64,000 bases of DNA from an uncultured Methylomirabilota bacterium (GCA_963845565.1 CAWJSJ010000002.1:1056001-1120000); one strand, 5' to 3'; shown: positions 8,424-18,709, counted from the first letter of the stretch. Notes: generated by a model not told the origin, from the letters alone. Numbers and translations are program-made.

Positions 8424-10004
8424 ATGAGACAACTTCCAGGAGAGCTCGAGGCATTGCTGGAAATCGCCCGGGACTTGACGGCATCGCTGGCCGGAACGGA
8501 TCGGTATGCCCGGCTGCTCGAGGCGGTGACGCGCGCGATTCCGTGCGATGCCGCGTGCCTGCTCCGACTGCAAGGGGACGACTTGGTTCCGGTGGCCGCA
8601 CGGGGATTGGTCGAGGAAGCACTGGTCCGGCGGTTCCCTCGACGCGACCATCCGCGGCTCGACCTCATCCTGCAATCGGCCGAACCGGTCCGCTTCGCGA
8701 CGGACAGTCCGCTCGCCGATCCCTTCGACGGCCTCTTGCAGGCGGACGCGCGGGCGCTGGAGCGGGTGCACGCATGTCTCGGCTGCCGCCTCATGGAAGG
8801 GGCGCAGGTTGTCGGCGCGCTCACGGCGGATGCGCTGGACCCGCACGCGTTCGATCGGCTCGACCCCTGGGTGCTCGTGACACTCGGCGCGCTGGCGGGC
8901 GCCGCCATGCGGACGACGGGCCTGATCGAGGCCCTGGAGCGGACCGCGGAGCGGCGGGGCCAGGTGGCGCGGGAGCTTCAGCGCAGCGCGGGGCTGTCCA
9001 GCGGCGGCCAGTTCCTCGGCGCCAGCGCGGCCACGCGCCGACTGCTCGACGAGATCCACCTCGTCGCCCGCTCGGACCTCGCGGTGCTCATCACCGGCGA
9101 GACCGGTGTCGGGAAGGAATTGGTCGCGCGCCAGATCCACGACGCTTCGCCTCGGCGAGACGAAGCGCTGATCCAGGTCAACTGCGCCGCGCTGCCGGAA
9201 TCCATCGCCGAGAGCGAGTTGTTCGGGCATGTCGCCGGTGCGTTCACCGGGGCCACTCGCGACCGCGCGGGCAAGTTCGAGATTGCGGACGGCGGGACGC
9301 TCTTCTTGGATGAGATCGGCGAGCTGCCGCTCGGTCTGCAGCCCAAGCTGCTGCGGGCCATCGAGCAGGGCGAGATCCAGCGGGTCGGGTCGGACCGGGC
9401 ACTGCGGGTGGACGTCCGCATCCTGGCGGCCACCAACCGGAACCTGGAGGCGGAGGTTGCTGGGGGTCGCTTCCGCGCCGACCTCTACCATCGGCTGGCG
9501 GTCTATCCCATCCGGGTCCCGCCGCTGCGCGAACGGCGCCCGGACATCCCGCTCCTTGCCGCACATTTCCTCGACCTCGGCCGGCAGCGCCTTGGGCTCG
9601 GACCGGTCCGTTTGACCGACGACGCCCGCGAGCGCTTGGTCGGCGCCGATTGGCCCGGAAACGTGCGGGAGCTCGAGAATGTCATCAGCCGCGGCGTGCT
9701 GCGCGCCGCACGCCAGCAGCCCGAACGCGCGGGCCCCGTGCTGATCGGCGTGGAGCGCCTCGACCTGGAGTCCGTCGAATCCCCGAGGACTGTCGCGGAG
9801 TCTGCGACAGCACCTGCGCCGGGCACCCGTGCCGCCCCGCCTCCATCGCTGGCGGACCGAATCGAAGCGTTCCGGCGGCGGGAGGTCCTCGCCGCGGTGG
9901 GGCGGCACCGGGGGAATTGGGCGGCAGCCGCCCGAGAGCTCGGACTCCATCGGAGCAACTTTCACCACCTGGCGAAACGCTTGGGCATCCCGAAGGAGCG
10001 ATAG
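8424..10004 (+). CDS. norR: NO-responsive sigma54-dependent regulator NorR (GAF-AAA+-HTH)
   Basis: GAF domain with HPRL, DPFDGLL, HACLGC and TADAL iron-ligand motifs; GETGVGKE, GAFTGA, LFLDEIGE; C-terminal HTH. Confidence 0.95.
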   Translation: MRQLPGELEALLEIARDLTASLAGTDRYARLLEAVTRAIPCDAACLLRLQGDDLVPVAARGLVEEALVRRFPRRDHPRLDLILQSAEPVRFATDSPLADPFDGLLQADARALERVHACLGCRLMEGAQVVGALTADALDPHAFDRLDPWVLVTLGALAGAAMRTTGLIEALERTAERRGQVARELQRSAGLSSGGQFLGASAATRRLLDEIHLVARSDLAVLITGETGVGKELVARQIHDASPRRDEALIQVNCAALPESIAESELFGHVAGAFTGATRDRAGKFEIADGGTLFLDEIGELPLGLQPKLLRAIEQGEIQRVGSDRALRVDVRILAATNRNLEAEVAGGRFRADLYHRLAVYPIRVPPLRERRPDIPLLAAHFLDLGRQRLGLGPVRLTDDARERLVGADWPGNVRELENVISRGVLRAARQQPERAGPVLIGVERLDLESVESPRTVAESATAPAPGTRAAPPPSLADRIEAFRRREVLAAVGRHRGNWAAAARELGLHRSNFHHLAKRLGIPKER

Positions 10005-10233
10005 ACAGCCCCCTGGGGCCCCGGCGGGCGTGCGCCGACCGCGGAGCGGACAGGAAGACTGCACCGGAAACCCTCCGTGTACCGAGACGGGCGCACACCG
10101 GGAACATGCGGCGTGTGCGTGAAGGATCGCTTCCCGTGCGGGCCGAGCACGATCCGCGACGTAAGATCCTCCTTGACGGCGGGCGCGGCTGCTGGTCAAA
10201 TGCATCCACCGACACCTGACGGAGTCCTCGCCG

Positions 10234-11532
10234 ATGCTTGACCTCGCCACGCGTGCCCACAATCACTCTTACCGGATCGACCCCATCGTCCGGTCCTTGC
10301 TCGACACGGACTTCTACAAGTTCCTGATGCTGCAGTTCATCTGGCTCCACTACCGGGCGGTACCCGTCACCTTCTCGCTGATCAACCGGACGACGGCCGT
10401 CCGGCTGGCCGACGTGATCCCCGAGCAGGAGCTGCGCGCGCAGCTGGATCATGCGCGCAACCTCCGCGTCACGAAATCCGAGTTGATCTGGCTGGCTGGC
10501 AACACCTTCTACGGACAAGCCGGGATGTTCCGGCCGGATTTCCTTGCCTGGCTTGCGGCCTACCAGCTTCCGGCGTACCACCTCGCGGTCAAGGACGGCC
10601 AGTACGAGCTGACGTTTTCCGGGCAATGGGCCGAGACCACATTGTGGGAGATCCCGGCCCTCGCCATCGTGAACACCTTGCGCAACCGGCAGGGGCTCCA
10701 GCGGCTCTCACGGTTCGAACTGGACGTCCTCTACGCACAGGCGAAGACGAACCTGTGGCGGAACCTGTTGGGCCTCCGAGACGCGGGGGTATCCGGGCTG
10801 GCGGATTTCGGAACCCGACGCCGGCACGATTACCTCTATCATGAATGGGCGGTGCTCGCCGCCCGGGACGTGCTGGGGCCCGCTTTCACCGGCACCTCCA
10901 ACGTGCTCCTCGCCATGCGCCATGACATCGAGGCCATCGGCACGCACGGCCACGAGCTGCCCATGGTGCAGGCGACCCTGGCGAGGACGCCGGACGCCCT
11001 GCGAACGTCGCAATACGACGTCCTGGCCCGGTGGCAGGAGACCTACGGCGGCCGGTTGCTCATCTTCCTCCCCGATACCTACGGTACCACCCAGTTTCTG
11101 GCCCAGGCCCCCGACTGGGTCGCCGACTGGACGGGCCTTCGCATCGACTCCAAGGACCCGATTGCTGGGGGCGAAGAGGCCATCGCCTGGTGGAGCGCTC
11201 GCGGCCGCGACCCGCGCGCGAAATTGATCCTGTTCTCCGACGGGCTGGACAGTCCGACGGCGATCGCCCTCCACCGCCACTTCCTCGGTCGTATCCGCAC
11301 CGGGTTCGGCTGGGGCACCCTCCTCACCAACGACTTCCGGACCTGCCACCCCCGCGGCGCGATCGATCTCGACCCCATCAGCTTGATCTGCAAGGTCACG
11401 GAAGCCAACGGCCGGCCGGCGGTCAAGCTCTCGGACAACGACGCCAAGCCGACCGGTCCGCCGGAGGAGATCGCCCGGTACCGCGAGGTCTTCGGCCACG
11501 CGGGCGTTACCCACCGCGCGGTGCTCGTCTAG
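10234..11532 (+). CDS. pncB: Nicotinate phosphoribosyltransferase
   Basis: [35 protein letters not shown] and KLSD motifs. Confidence 0.95.
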   Translation: MLDLATRAHNHSYRIDPIVRSLLDTDFYKFLMLQFIWLHYRAVPVTFSLINRTTAVRLADVIPEQELRAQLDHARNLRVTKSELIWLAGNTFYGQAGMFRPDFLAWLAAYQLPAYHLAVKDGQYELTFSGQWAETTLWEIPALAIVNTLRNRQGLQRLSRFELDVLYAQAKTNLWRNLLGLRDAGVSGLADFGTRRRHDYLYHEWAVLAARDVLGPAFTGTSNVLLAMRHDIEAIGTHGHELPMVQATLARTPDALRTSQYDVLARWQETYGGRLLIFLPDTYGTTQFLAQAPDWVADWTGLRIDSKDPIAGGEEAIAWWSARGRDPRAKLILFSDGLDSPTAIALHRHFLGRIRTGFGWGTLLTNDFRTCHPRGAIDLDPISLICKVTEANGRPAVKLSDNDAKPTGPPEEIARYREVFGHAGVTHRAVLV

Positions 11533-11667
11533 CAGGCCGCCGCAGGCCGCTGAAAACGGCCCATCTGCGGCGTTGGTCCGCTTGGGTGCTCGCTGCGGCG
11601 TACCTGAAGTACGCCTCACTCGGCCCTGCGCGTACCGCCTGGCATCTGAACCGTTTTGAGCGGCCTG
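11533..11667 (+). mobile_element. MITE-like family A, copy 2 (left end partly duplicated)
   Basis: CAGGCCGC-CG-CAGGCCGCTGAAAACGGCCCA...CCGTTTTGAGCGGCCTG after the pncB CTAG; a further fragment GGCCCATCTGCGGCGTACC lies near 11725-11743. Confidence 0.85.
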
Positions 11668-11766
11668 CTCGCTCTCGATTCGTTTGGTCGTTTGTGAAGC
11701 TATCGGGTGCTGGTCGACCCGCACGGCCCATCTGCGGCGTACCGGGCTATGTCCTGGAGATTTCGC

Positions 11767-11794
11767 TTGAACTGACATGGGGATGAGGTATAGT
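11767..11794 (+). promoter_or_regulatory. Putative sigma70 promoter
   Basis: TTGAAC-16-TATAGT. Confidence 0.55.
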
Positions 11795-11820
11795 GCCTCC
11801 ACGTACGGAGGTTGACGGTC

Positions 11821-11919
11821 GTGTTGTTCCTGCCGCTTTTCATGGTAAAGCGCTGCCCGCAACGACGAGCTATCGTCGGACGAGGGCAGGGGTGTCGGCA
11901 GGGACGGGAAGAAGCCTAG
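11821..11919 (+). CDS. Putative 32-aa leader peptide MLFLPLFMVKRCPQRRAIVGRGQGCRQGREEA
   Basis: GGAGG SD 9 nt upstream of GTG; lies between the promoter and the terminator. Confidence 0.4.
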   Translation: MLFLPLFMVKRCPQRRAIVGRGQGCRQGREEA

Positions 11920-11953
11920 ACAACGACTGAGCGTTATCGCGGATCCTGTCAGA

Positions 11954-11990
11954 GCCCTGGGGCCCTCCGGCCTCAGGGTTTTTGTTTTTT
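11954..11990 (+). terminator. Rho-independent terminator or attenuator
   Basis: CCCTGGGGCC-CTCC-GGCCTCAGGG followed by TTTTTGTTTTTT. Confidence 0.85.
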
Positions 11991-12024
11991 CGCGCCGCCA
12001 GGGCGTTTGAGGGGAGGTGATCAC

Positions 12025-12183
12025 ATGCGCCATCACGGGGTTTCGAGACTTCGGATGCGCCGCGTCCGACCGTCGGGGGTCCGTCGTCTTTACAGGAAAC
12101 GAAGGAGGCCTAAACGACTGGGACGTTGGCATCGGGGCTCTGAACCACCGGAAGGAGATGGCCATGGACGACTATTCGGCTGA
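12025..12183 (+). CDS. Putative 52-aa arginine-rich small protein
   Basis: Strong SD GGAGGTGAT immediately upstream; MRHHGVSRLRMRRVRPSGVRRLYRKRRRPKRLGRW... Confidence 0.35.
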   Translation: MRHHGVSRLRMRRVRPSGVRRLYRKRRRPKRLGRWHRGSEPPEGDGHGRLFG

Positions 12184-12382
12184 CTATACGCTGCGGGAAG
12201 AGTTTCGCAAGGTGGCCGCGCTCGATCGGCAGCTCACGCGCTGGGGCTGGTTCCGGCGGAACGAGCATCGCCCACGGAAGGCTGAGTGGCGGATCCGGAT
12301 AGGGGAAGCGCTGATCCGCCTGGGTTGCTGGGTGCAAGGCGAGCATGCCGCCCAGCCGGCCCGCGCTTCGGAAGACTCTTAG
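12164..12382 (+). CDS. Small hypothetical protein (72 aa)
   Basis: AAGGAG SD; MDDYSADYTLREEFRKVAALDRQL...WRIRIGEALIRLGCWVQG, an amphipathic helical pattern. Confidence 0.6.
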   Translation: MDDYSADYTLREEFRKVAALDRQLTRWGWFRRNEHRPRKAEWRIRIGEALIRLGCWVQGEHAAQPARASEDS

Positions 12383-12987
12383 GCAAGATCCCGCTTCTCT
12401 ACGCTCTGTCGATACTCATCGGGCGTGTCGAGATCGATGAGGATGCCGGGATCGCCACATTCGATCTCGCGGGCGTCCTGGGCGTGACGGGCGAGGAACT
12501 CTCGGAGAACGGCGGACGGGGTCGCCAGGAGGATTTCCGGTGTGTAGTCGGTGGCGATGAGCGGAGGGTGGCCGCGACGCCCCTGGTAGCACGGGTAGAG
12601 GGCGCCGCCGGGCTGCGCATCCCATGCGGCGATGAGCCGGGTGAGTGTGGCGGGTTGCACGAGCGGCATGTCCCCGGGCAGGATGAAGAACGCGCGGAGG
12701 CCGGACGGGAGGCTGCGCACGCCGGCCTGGACCGACGAAAACATCCCGTCCTCGAAGCCCTCGTTCCTGACCCACGGGATTCCGCACCGCGCCAGCACGG
12801 GGATCAGTTGCTCCGCTTGCCACCCGACGACGACGCGGATGGTCTCGACGCCCGCCTCATGGATGGTGGCGATCACGCGCTCGATGACGGTGGTGGCACC
12901 GAACGGTAGGAGGGGCTTGAAGGCGCCCATCCGCCGGGAATACCCGGCCGCCAGGACGACAGCGGCGAGGTCCGGGCGGGCGGCCAC
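12379..12987 (-). CDS. Molybdenum cofactor cytidylyltransferase-like nucleotidyltransferase (MocA/YgfJ family)
   Basis: VLAAGYSRRMG..K, GMFSSVQAG, PGDMP, GHP and DLDTP motifs. Confidence 0.9.
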   Translation of the reverse strand: MAARPDLAAVVLAAGYSRRMGAFKPLLPFGATTVIERVIATIHEAGVETIRVVVGWQAEQLIPVLARCGIPWVRNEGFEDGMFSSVQAGVRSLPSGLRAFFILPGDMPLVQPATLTRLIAAWDAQPGGALYPCYQGRRGHPPLIATDYTPEILLATPSAVLREFLARHAQDAREIECGDPGILIDLDTPDEYRQSVEKRDLA

Positions 12988-12990
12988 GGC

Positions 12991-14088
12991 CTACGCCGCT
13001 CCGCCCCGGCCGGCGCGGGTGGCGATCAACTCGGCTGCGATGCTGACCGCGATCTCTTCGGGCGTCTCGGCCCCGACGGGAAGGCCGATGGGGCAATGGA
13101 CCTGTGAGAGATCGTCCGGTGTGAACCCCTCGCGGGCAAGCTGCTCAAAGATCAGTCCACGCTTCCGCCGACTCCCGATCATCCCGATGTAGCCAGGCCG
13201 GCGACGCAAGACCTGGCGCAGGATCGCCTGATCTCCGCCGTGGCCACGGGTGACGATGACCACGTAGCTGTCCTCGCCGATGGGCAGATCGTCGAGGATT
13301 CGATCGAAGGACGGTGCGGCGATGACGTCGTCGGCCAGGGGGAATCGGTCGCGGGCAGCGAACTCGGCACGGTCATCCACGACGACCGTCCGGAACCCCA
13401 GCAGATGGCAGAGCGGGGCGAGGCGTGCTCCGATGTGTCCGCCGCCGAAGATGTAGACCGTGACGGGCGGCGCCAGCGGCTCCACGAAGTAACGGACCAT
13501 CCCGCGCTCGACGAGATGGGGGGCCGTCGGGGCGGGGCCGTGGAGCAGATCCTCCGGCAGGGCGTGACCGGTCCGGGACAGGGAGGCGACGGAACGCCCG
13601 CCGGCCACCAGGAAGTAATCCGTGGCGGCCGCGCTGCCATCCCGCGAGATCGCCGTGGTCAGGCATCCGCGCCCGCCGCATGTCAGCAGGTGAGCGACCT
13701 GGGCGAAGAAATCTCGCACGGCCGGTGCGGTCCCGTCGAGGTATTCGACGAGCACCTCCACCTCGCCCCCGCACGTCATCCCCTCGTCCGAGGCCTGCTG
13801 GAGGTCCAGCGCGAACGCCCGGCAGAGTGCCTGGCCGTCACGGAGAACCTCCCGAGCCCACGCCGCAGCCTTCACCTCCAGGACGCCGCCACCGACGGTT
13901 CCCTCTGACCCGCCGACTTCCCGGACCAGCATCTTGGCCCCGGCGTGCCGAGGTCCGGAGCCCGTCCGGCGCAGGATCGCGCAGAGCGCCACGCGCTCGC
14001 GGGCGGCGAGCAGGGCCGCCACCCGTGCATAGAAAGCTGCTGCGTCCCCTGCGACGTCCCGGGGCGCCCCGTCCACGTCGTGGCCCAT
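12991..14088 (-). CDS. xdhC: XdhC/CoxI-family molybdoenzyme maturation factor
   Basis: GSGPRHAGAKM, GTVGGG, MTCGG, IFGGGH, YIGMIGSRRK and PIGL..GAETPEEIAVSI motifs. Confidence 0.9.
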   Translation of the reverse strand: MGHDVDGAPRDVAGDAAAFYARVAALLAARERVALCAILRRTGSGPRHAGAKMLVREVGGSEGTVGGGVLEVKAAAWAREVLRDGQALCRAFALDLQQASDEGMTCGGEVEVLVEYLDGTAPAVRDFFAQVAHLLTCGGRGCLTTAISRDGSAAATDYFLVAGGRSVASLSRTGHALPEDLLHGPAPTAPHLVERGMVRYFVEPLAPPVTVYIFGGGHIGARLAPLCHLLGFRTVVVDDRAEFAARDRFPLADDVIAAPSFDRILDDLPIGEDSYVVIVTRGHGGDQAILRQVLRRRPGYIGMIGSRRKRGLIFEQLAREGFTPDDLSQVHCPIGLPVGAETPEEIAVSIAAELIATRAGRGGAA

Positions 14089-14424
14089 GCCGTTGTCTGC
14101 TCCCGCGTTGGGCGAGTGATTGCGGAGGTCGCTACCCGCCACAACCCCATACCACAAGCACGGGGCGGGCGCATCCTGTTTTTCGGGGCCACCCCCGACG
14201 AATCTTCCATGGCGAGACAGATCCACCGCCGAGTGGGGCCGGGATTATGGATTGACATCTGATGGCGAACTCGGGGATGCTTCGGGCGTGTGGCAACGCA
14301 CACGGCGCCGGATGACGAAGAAATGAAACCGGTGCCCCGGAACCGGCACACTCAGGTGCGACTCGTACGGACGGCAGCACGACCGGCGAGTGCCACCGGG
14401 TGAGCTTCGCGGGCGGGATGGCTG

Positions 14425-15399
14425 ATGCGCACTGTGCCGACTCCGATTCCCCGCGTCGCCTGGGCGGGCCTTCTCCTGGGCGCCGGGATCTTGGCGACCC
14501 TGGTCGGCCTCTTCGCCGGCCCGTGGGGAGCCCTGACCAGCCTCATTCTCGCGGCGCTGGTGGTCGGCGCCCTGGCCTGGCGCTCCGCCGCCCGCTGGCG
14601 CGCCCGCGGGGCGGCCCTCGGGACGCCCCTACCGGAGGCCTCGCGAACCCTCCTGCGCGAGTGGTGTGACCACTACAACCGCCTCCCTGAAGATCTGCGG
14701 TCGCGCTTCGAGGACGACGTGCGGATCTTCCTGACGGAGAAGTCCATCACCGGTGTCGGGGTCGAAGCGACCGAGGAACTCCGCCTCCTGGTCGCGGCGT
14801 CGGCCGTGACCCTGTCGCTCGGCTGGCCTGCGTACGACTGGGAGCAGCTCAACGAGGTCCTGCTGTACCCTGATGACTTCGACCGGGACTACGAGATCGG
14901 CGCCGACGACCTTGCCGGCCAGGCGCACCCCTGGGGCACCGTGATCCTGTCGGTGCCTGCCCTGTGCCAGAGCTTCCGAGACCCCGACGACGCGTATCAT
15001 GTCGGGTTCCACGAGTTCGCCCACCTGCTCGACCTGGAGCAGACGCGCTTCGACGGGATTCCGCTGGGGTTCGGCGATGCGGCCGCCCACCGCTGGGTCG
15101 AGATCCGCGAACGGGAGATCCCCGTGATGCTCCGCGGCGAGTCGCTGCTCGATGAGTACGGCGCGCACGACCCCGTGGAGTTCCTGGCCGTCGCCGTCGA
15201 AGCCTTCTTCGAGACCGCACTCTCCATGCGGCGAGATCACGGGGAATTGTACGAGCTCCTGGCGGCCTACTTCCAGCAGGATCCGGCCACGTGGGACGAT
15301 GCGCGCGGCCTGACGCTGAAGCCGCGGTTGCGGCCCCGTGCGCCCCGGCGCGCGGGGCGCACCGGCCGCAGGCGGCCGCGGTCCCGACTGTCGGCATAA
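14425..15399 (+). CDS. MtfA/M90-family zinc peptidase with an N-terminal membrane anchor
   Basis: LLYPDDF, HEFAHLLD and YGAHDPVEFLAVAVEAFFE motifs; two N-terminal TM segments. Confidence 0.85.
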   Translation: MRTVPTPIPRVAWAGLLLGAGILATLVGLFAGPWGALTSLILAALVVGALAWRSAARWRARGAALGTPLPEASRTLLREWCDHYNRLPEDLRSRFEDDVRIFLTEKSITGVGVEATEELRLLVAASAVTLSLGWPAYDWEQLNEVLLYPDDFDRDYEIGADDLAGQAHPWGTVILSVPALCQSFRDPDDAYHVGFHEFAHLLDLEQTRFDGIPLGFGDAAAHRWVEIREREIPVMLRGESLLDEYGAHDPVEFLAVAVEAFFETALSMRRDHGELYELLAAYFQQDPATWDDARGLTLKPRLRPRAPRRAGRTGRRRPRSRLSA

Positions 15400-15471
15400 G
15401 AAGACGCCGGGCGGGACGCCCGCCTTGGGCGGTTGAGCGCTGCCGGTGACCTGGATGCGACGAACGGGCGC

Positions 15472-16452
15472 TCAGGCGCCGGGCCGTTCCGGCACTGGCG
15501 AGACGGGAGGATCGAAGGCCTTCAAGAGTGCGAAGAGTTTCGCGTCCCGCGCGGCGATCGCGGCGTCGGCGCTCCCGGGCGGGTAGTCGTAGAACCCGCG
15601 CCCGGCCCGGAGGCCCGTCTCGCCCTTCGCCACCTTGTCCCCCAGGATGGGCTGGGGCGCCTGGGCGGCCGACAGGTCGCGGTACAGGTAGGCCGCGATC
15701 GCGTGAAACGTCGCCAGACCTGCCAGGTCCATCAGGCGGAAGGGCCCCACGGCCGTCCAGCGCAGACCCAGGCCGGCGGTGATGGCTTGGTCCACGGCCT
15801 CCGGACCCGCGATTCCCTCTTCGACCACGTGGAGCGCCTCCCTCACCAGGGCGAGCTGCAGCCGATTCCAGAGGAAGCCGGGCACATCCCTTTCGACCCG
15901 GATGGGAATCCGACCGATCCGGCGGGCCAGGGCGCAGGCGAGATCCATCGCCGCATCCGCCGTCCGGTCGCCCCGGATCACCTCCACGGGCGGCATCAGG
16001 TGGGGCGGGTTCATCCAGTGAAACCCCACCACGGCCTCGGGGCGCGTGGTCGCCGCCGCGATGGCGCTCACCGAGAGGCCCGAGGTGTCCGTGCTGAGGA
16101 TCGCTTCCGGCGGCGCCTCTCGATCCAGCGCGGCGAAGACCGCCTGTTTCTGGGCCAGGTCTTCCGGGACGCTTTCGCTCACGAACTGACATCCCCGTAC
16201 CGCCTCCGCCAGGTCGGTGGTGGCGTGGATGCGCGCCCGCGCTTCCTCTGCCGCCGCGCCACCGAGGAGACCCGCCTGCACCATGGCAGCCTGGTTCTTG
16301 GCGATCCGGTCGAGGGCGGCCTGGAGCGTGGTGTCGCGCCGGGCCTGCAGCCGGACGGCGCACCCCGCCTGGGCGAAGGTCTGGGCGATCCCGCTTCCCA
16401 TGACGCCCGCGCCGATCACGGCCACGGTCCGAATCTCCTGAGCCTGGATCAT
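15472..16452 (-). CDS. 3-hydroxyacyl-CoA dehydrogenase family protein
   Basis: VIGAGVMGSGIA, ESVPEDL..K, STDTS, HWMNPP and PGFLWNRLQ motifs. Confidence 0.9.
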   Translation of the reverse strand: MIQAQEIRTVAVIGAGVMGSGIAQTFAQAGCAVRLQARRDTTLQAALDRIAKNQAAMVQAGLLGGAAAEEARARIHATTDLAEAVRGCQFVSESVPEDLAQKQAVFAALDREAPPEAILSTDTSGLSVSAIAAATTRPEAVVGFHWMNPPHLMPPVEVIRGDRTADAAMDLACALARRIGRIPIRVERDVPGFLWNRLQLALVREALHVVEEGIAGPEAVDQAITAGLGLRWTAVGPFRLMDLAGLATFHAIAAYLYRDLSAAQAPQPILGDKVAKGETGLRAGRGFYDYPPGSADAAIAARDAKLFALLKAFDPPVSPVPERPGA

Positions 16453-16699
16453 CTCGCTGCTCCTTTCGGATTTCGATAGGGAGGGCGCGTCGGTCACCTC
16501 GCCGACTGGCGCCGCCGGCCGGTTACTCTACAACGCCGTTTCCCGCTTGACAACCGATCCGGGGCTGCCGCATGCTCGTCGGCCTTCGGCCCCCCTGCCG
16601 AGCCGAGGAGGTCGAGCGGGTGCCGCGCGTGAGGCGGCAGGTCGGTCGGCGCGCCGCGGGATCGGGGCCACAACTCTTTTCTACGAGGGGTACGTCGCG

Positions 16700-18709
16700 A
16701 TGATTCTGTACGCCGGCGCCATCTTCCTGGGCGCCTTTCTGCTGTTCCTGGTGCAACCGATCATTGCCAAACAGATCCTGCCCTGGTTCGGCGGATCGGC
16801 GGCGGTGTGGGCGACCTGCATGGTCTTCTTCCAGGTCGTGCTGCTGGCCGGGTATGCGTATGCCGACCTGACGACGCGCCGCCTGACGCCCAAACGGCAG
16901 GTCGCGCTGCACGTCGGCCTGCTCGTGGTGAGCCTCCTCGTACTGCCGATCACGCCGAGTGCGGCCTGGAAGCCCCAGGGCGACGAGAACCCGAGCTGGC
17001 GTATCCTCGGCCTGCTGGCCGTCACCATCGGGCTGCCCTACCTTCTGTTGTCGACCACCAGCCCGCTGCTGCAGGCGTGGTTCACGCGTCGGTTCCATCA
17101 CACCGCGCCCTATCGCCTGTTCGCCCTGTCGAATCTGGCCTCGCTGCTGGCCCTGCTGGCTTACCCGGTCCTGATCGAACCCTGGGTGTCGACGGCCACG
17201 CAGTCGATGACCTGGTCGGTTCTCTATGCGCTGTTCACGCTGCTGTGCGGATACGCGGCCATCTCCAGCGGCCGGGGCGAGATGCCCGCGACGGCCCCCG
17301 GTCCAGCCGCAGCCGCTGCCGGCGAGGCCGCGCCGAGCGGCATGCAGCAGTTAGTCTGGCTTCTCCTTCCCGCCATGGCGTCGTTCCTGCTGCTGGCGGT
17401 GACCAACCACATCTGCCAGAACGTCGCCTCGCTGCCGTTCCTATGGATCTTGCCGCTGGGCCTGTACCTGGGGACCTTCATTCTCTGCTTCGACCACCCG
17501 CGCTGGTACCAGCGCAACGTCTTCCTCGTGCTGGCGGCGATCATGCTGCCGTGGATGGGATGGTATTCGGACTCCCTGGATCTGAAGCTGGTGGTCCCGA
17601 TGTATCTGGCGGGTCTCTTCGTCTGCTGCATGTTCTGCCACGGCGAGCTGGCGCTCCTCAAGCCCGCCCCGCGATACCTGACGACCTACTATTTCATGAT
17701 CTCCCTGGGCGGCGCCATCGGCGGGCTCCTGGTCGGCCTGGCGGCCCCCTATCTGCTGGCGGGGTACTTCGAGCTGGCGATCGGGCTGGTGGCGTGCGCG
17801 CTCCTGCTGCTGTACCGGACCACGCGCATCGCGTGGTGGGCGGTCCTCGGCTCGGTGGCGGCAGTGGCCGTGACCGCGTGGGGCGCGGGCAAGGCGGTCG
17901 ATTACCAGATCACGACGTCCCGGGTGATGCTGCGAAACTTCTACAGCGTGGTGCGCACGCGCGAGGACACGACGCCGGTGCCGTTCCGCTCCATGGTCCA
18001 CGGCGGCATCGTCCACGGCGGCCAGTTGCTGGACCCCGAACGCCGCTTCCAGCCGAGCAGCTACTTCGGGCCGACCAGCGGATACGGCCGGTTGTTCGCC
18101 AGCCTGCCCGAGACGCCGCGCAAGGTGGGCGTGATCGGTCTCGGCGCCGGCTCGGTGATCGCGCACGCGCGGGCGGGCGACACGTTCCGCTTCTACGAGA
18201 TCAACCCGCAGGTGCTGGAGCTGGCGCGACGGGAGTTCACCTTCCTGGCCGACAGTCCGGCCACCATCGACGTCGTCCTGGGCGACGGCCGCCTGAGCTT
18301 GGAGCGTGAACCCAGCCACCAGTTCGACGTGCTGGTGATGGACGCCTTCTCGGGCGATTCGATTCCGATGCATCTGTTGACGCGCGAGGCGATGGCCATC
18401 TACCTGCGGCATCTGAAGCCGGGCGGCGTGCTGGCGTTTCAGGCCACCAATCGTTTCATCGACATCGCGCCGGTGGTGGCGAGCCTGGCCGCGGAGCGTG
18501 GTCTGACGGCGGTGCTGATCTCCGACGCGCCGCAGAGCACGGAAGGGGCGGACTACTGGCTCTCGGCGACCGACCAGATCCTGGTGACCTCGGATCGCGC
18601 GCTGCTGAAATCCGAGCAGATCGGCAGCGTCGGCACGGTGCTGGAGCCCCCGCCGGGGTTCCGCATCTGGACCGACGACTTCAACAACCTGTGGCGGGTC
18701 CTGAAGTAG
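16700..18709 (+). CDS. Membrane domain fused to a spermidine-synthase-like SAM methyltransferase
   Basis: Multi-TM N-terminus (FLLFLVQP..AKQILPWFGG, CHGEL) followed by VIGLGAG, YEINP, GDGR and DAFSGDSIPMHLLT. Confidence 0.9.
   Translation: MILYAGAIFLGAFLLFLVQPIIAKQILPWFGGSAAVWATCMVFFQVVLLAGYAYADLTTRRLTPKRQVALHVGLLVVSLLVLPITPSAAWKPQGDENPSWRILGLLAVTIGLPYLLLSTTSPLLQAWFTRRFHHTAPYRLFALSNLASLLALLAYPVLIEPWVSTATQSMTWSVLYALFTLLCGYAAISSGRGEMPATAPGPAAAAAGEAAPSGMQQLVWLLLPAMASFLLLAVTNHICQNVASLPFLWILPLGLYLGTFILCFDHPRWYQRNVFLVLAAIMLPWMGWYSDSLDLKLVVPMYLAGLFVCCMFCHGELALLKPAPRYLTTYYFMISLGGAIGGLLVGLAAPYLLAGYFELAIGLVACALLLLYRTTRIAWWAVLGSVAAVAVTAWGAGKAVDYQITTSRVMLRNFYSVVRTREDTTPVPFRSMVHGGIVHGGQLLDPERRFQPSSYFGPTSGYGRLFASLPETPRKVGVIGLGAGSVIAHARAGDTFRFYEINPQVLELARREFTFLADSPATIDVVLGDGRLSLEREPSHQFDVLVMDAFSGDSIPMHLLTREAMAIYLRHLKPGGVLAFQATNRFIDIAPVVASLAAERGLTAVLISDAPQSTEGADYWLSATDQILVTSDRALLKSEQIGSVGTVLEPPPGFRIWTDDFNNLWRVLK

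Noticed and set aside
14255..14360. Hairpins with a GCAA loop and GAAGAAATGA near xdhC, reminiscent of a Moco riboswitch or hammerhead ribozyme
   Set aside because: They lie on the strand opposite xdhC, lack the CCUCCC...GGAAAGG 3' part, and have no CUGANGA core. A cmscan run would settle it.
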